DNA of 32,000 nucleotides from Bordetella parapertussis (GTDB lineage Bacteria; Pseudomonadota; Gammaproteobacteria; Burkholderiales; SG8-39): NCBI GenBank assembly GCA_945862265.1, contig CAMAXP010000033.1, positions 16,344 to 48,343 of the forward strand, read 5' to 3'. Shown piece by piece: positions 30,330 to 32,000 of this stretch (position 1 is its first letter; each line of letters starts with the position of its first letter). The notes under the pieces were generated by a model. It saw only the letters and a program-made list of their open reading frames with translations, ran no database searches and was not told where the DNA came from. The position numbers and the translations under genes were made by a program.

Positions 30330-32000
30330 ATGGATCCGAAAATCTCTTCTGCTGAAACTCTTCACGTTTACACGCGTGTATCGACTGAGGCGCAGAAAGT
30401 CGAAGGGACTTCGCTTGAAACGCAACTAGAACTAGGCACGAAGCGCGCGAGTGAATTGGCTTTCAATCTTAAGCATTGGAACGAAGGCGGAGCTAGTTCG
30501 CATCACGAAGATCTTCTCAATCGTCCCGTTCTAAGTGAGCTATTGGTCGAAATCAACAAAGGGCAGATCAAGCATCTGTGGGTCTACGATCAATCGCGTC
30601 TCTCGCGTAACGATCATGTAGCGTCAGTGATTCGCTACGCATGTCAAAAACACGGCGTAACGCTCTACACAAACGAAGGCAAATACAATCTTTCTAATCC
30701 TAGCGACATGCTGCTTAAGCAGATCATGGACGCTATGGCAGGACACGAAAACGCAGTGCGCATGGAGCGAACGCGTTTAGGCAAACTGAACAAAGTAAAG
30801 ATGGGGCAGTGGCATGGAGGACCGCCGACGTATGGCTACGAGATTGTTGAAGGCAAGTTGGCAGTCAGAGAAAGCGAAGCGAGATGGGTCAAGCGTATCT
30901 TCAAAGAGATTATTAAGAAGACGAGTATTGCCAATATCAAGCAGCTTCTAGAAGCTAATGGCGTACTGCCTCGACGTAAAGGACTTTGGAGTCTTGGTTC
31001 GATCAATGCTCTGATATCAAACACGCACTACGATGGTTACTACCAATACACTGACAAGAAATCAGCTCAGACAGTAAAAGTTGATTGTCCACGTATCGTG
31101 GACAATTTGACGTGGGTTTCAGCGCAACAAACGCGAGCAGCGTCTGCCAAGCGTCAGCTACAACGTAACGCAACCACCAAGAATTTCTATCTTCTACGTG
31201 ACTTCATGCATTGCGGTCACTGTGGCAGAGCGATAAGTGCGCGCAAGGCAAATGGTGGCGTCTCAATCTACTACTGTCCGAACAAAGAGCGAGAGTGGGC
31301 AAATAAGGGTGGTACGCAATCAGCGTGGCAGCGAGGGAAGAATTGTGGATTTACGCGTTCGATGAACATTGAGCAGACAAATAAAGTAGTGTGGGACTTC
31401 ATCAAGGCGGTTCACAGTAACTCAAGTCATCTGAAAGAACAGGTAAAGAATCGCGTCTTGAAAGAACATGGGCTTGTTCAAGCGCCAGCTTTACAAGCGA
31501 AAAAGCTAGAAGGTCAACTAACGAAGTTACAACGCGAGCACAAGACGTTGAGCGAGACGCTTGGCAACGTCGAGGCAAATCACTTGTTGCGTAAGGTAAG
31601 CACTGTTGCCTATAAAACGATGGTCAAGCGTCTGACTGAGGAATTGCAAAAGCTCGACGAAAGCATTACGAAGGCGCGCACTGAGCTAAAAGGAACTTCT
31701 GAGGCAAACAAGTGGGTATATTGGCTGAAGGATTTCGGCGACGAGATCGAAAAGTTGGATCAGTTGAGCGATCAAGCAAAGCACAATTACTTGAGTGGGC
31801 TAGTCAGTCACATTGACGTTCTTTGTCATGACGCTGAAAAAGAACACGAGTTATTGATTCATCTTCAGATGCCAATCATCGAAGATGGAATCAAATACAC
31901 AGGCAAGAAAATAGGTGGTCGTAAGGAGTATTTGATCTTTGATGGAAAGGATCAAGCAAGTGTCAGAGTCCAAAAAAAAGACGCTCGAGGATGGCGATAA
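30330..32000 (+). CDS. Large serine recombinase
   Basis: 556 aa. Resolvase catalytic N-terminus LHVYTRVSTEAQ...DQSRLSRN, a recombinase domain, a zinc ribbon CGHCGR...YYCPNK, and a long coiled-coil-like C-terminus. The stop TAA is at 31998-32000, the last bases of the window. Confidence 0.88.
   Translation: MDPKISSAETLHVYTRVSTEAQKVEGTSLETQLELGTKRASELAFNLKHWNEGGASSHHEDLLNRPVLSELLVEINKGQIKHLWVYDQSRLSRNDHVASVIRYACQKHGVTLYTNEGKYNLSNPSDMLLKQIMDAMAGHENAVRMERTRLGKLNKVKMGQWHGGPPTYGYEIVEGKLAVRESEARWVKRIFKEIIKKTSIANIKQLLEANGVLPRRKGLWSLGSINALISNTHYDGYYQYTDKKSAQTVKVDCPRIVDNLTWVSAQQTRAASAKRQLQRNATTKNFYLLRDFMHCGHCGRAISARKANGGVSIYYCPNKEREWANKGGTQSAWQRGKNCGFTRSMNIEQTNKVVWDFIKAVHSNSSHLKEQVKNRVLKEHGLVQAPALQAKKLEGQLTKLQREHKTLSETLGNVEANHLLRKVSTVAYKTMVKRLTEELQKLDESITKARTELKGTSEANKWVYWLKDFGDEIEKLDQLSDQAKHNYLSGLVSHIDVLCHDAEKEHELLIHLQMPIIEDGIKYTGKKIGGRKEYLIFDGKDQASVRVQKKDARGWR

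Larger units (their letters stand above)
18728..32000. mobile_element. Low-GC accessory/defence island inserted immediately 3' of glmS; right boundary lies beyond the window
   Basis: Composition drops abruptly right after the glmS stop. Cargo is a tyrosine recombinase, a large serine recombinase, Mrr, a type III R-M and several unknown genes. No native glmS terminator is seen. Confidence 0.8.

Noticed and set aside
18728-32000. Tn7 or Tn7-like (CRISPR-associated) transposon at the glmS site.
   Set aside because: No ORF resembles TnsA/TnsB (DDE)/TnsC/TnsD-TniQ. No TGT...-type terminal repeats with multiple 22-bp TnsB sites were recognisable at 18728-18900, and no Cas genes or CRISPR repeats are present. 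The part of the island beyond nt 32000 cannot be judged.

Overview
The window has two very different parts. (1) nt 1-18727 is high-GC core chromosome that looks betaproteobacterial (Burkholderiales-like; this is inference). It carries gltB (5'-truncated by the window edge) and gltD, then a GST. Next is one long minus-strand operon of three tandem PhnD-type binding proteins, phnC, two phnE, a small DUF2891-like remnant, a class-V aminotransferase, an atypical M19 dipeptidase-like protein and a DAO-type FAD oxidoreductase. glmU-glmS follow on the plus strand. (2) From the base after the glmS stop codon (18728) to the window end, the sequence drops sharply in GC. Spot counts of single 60-nt lines gave about 63% at 18661, 47% at 19141 and 35% at 25561. 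This accessory island sits at the classical glmS/attTn7 hotspot but has no Tn7 genes. It encodes an Mrr-type (type IV) restriction enzyme, a three-gene module of unknown function, and a minimal FimB/FimE-sized tyrosine recombinase. The module consists of a truncated RFC/clamp-loader-like AAA+ ATPase, a 266-aa helical protein and a divergent 258-aa Trp-rich protein, and is bracketed by three copies of a conserved palindrome. Further right lie a 1.1-kb ORF-poor stretch, a 146-aa unknown gene, a complete type III R-M operon (mod/res), a 119-aa unknown gene and a large serine recombinase that ends exactly at nt 32000, so the right island boundary is not visible. The best candidates for something new are the palindrome-bracketed AAA+ module next to the small recombinase, and the recombinase plus ORF-poor region upstream of the R-M operon. 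No CRISPR array, tRNA or rRNA was seen. All protein-family calls come from motif recognition by eye, not database searches.
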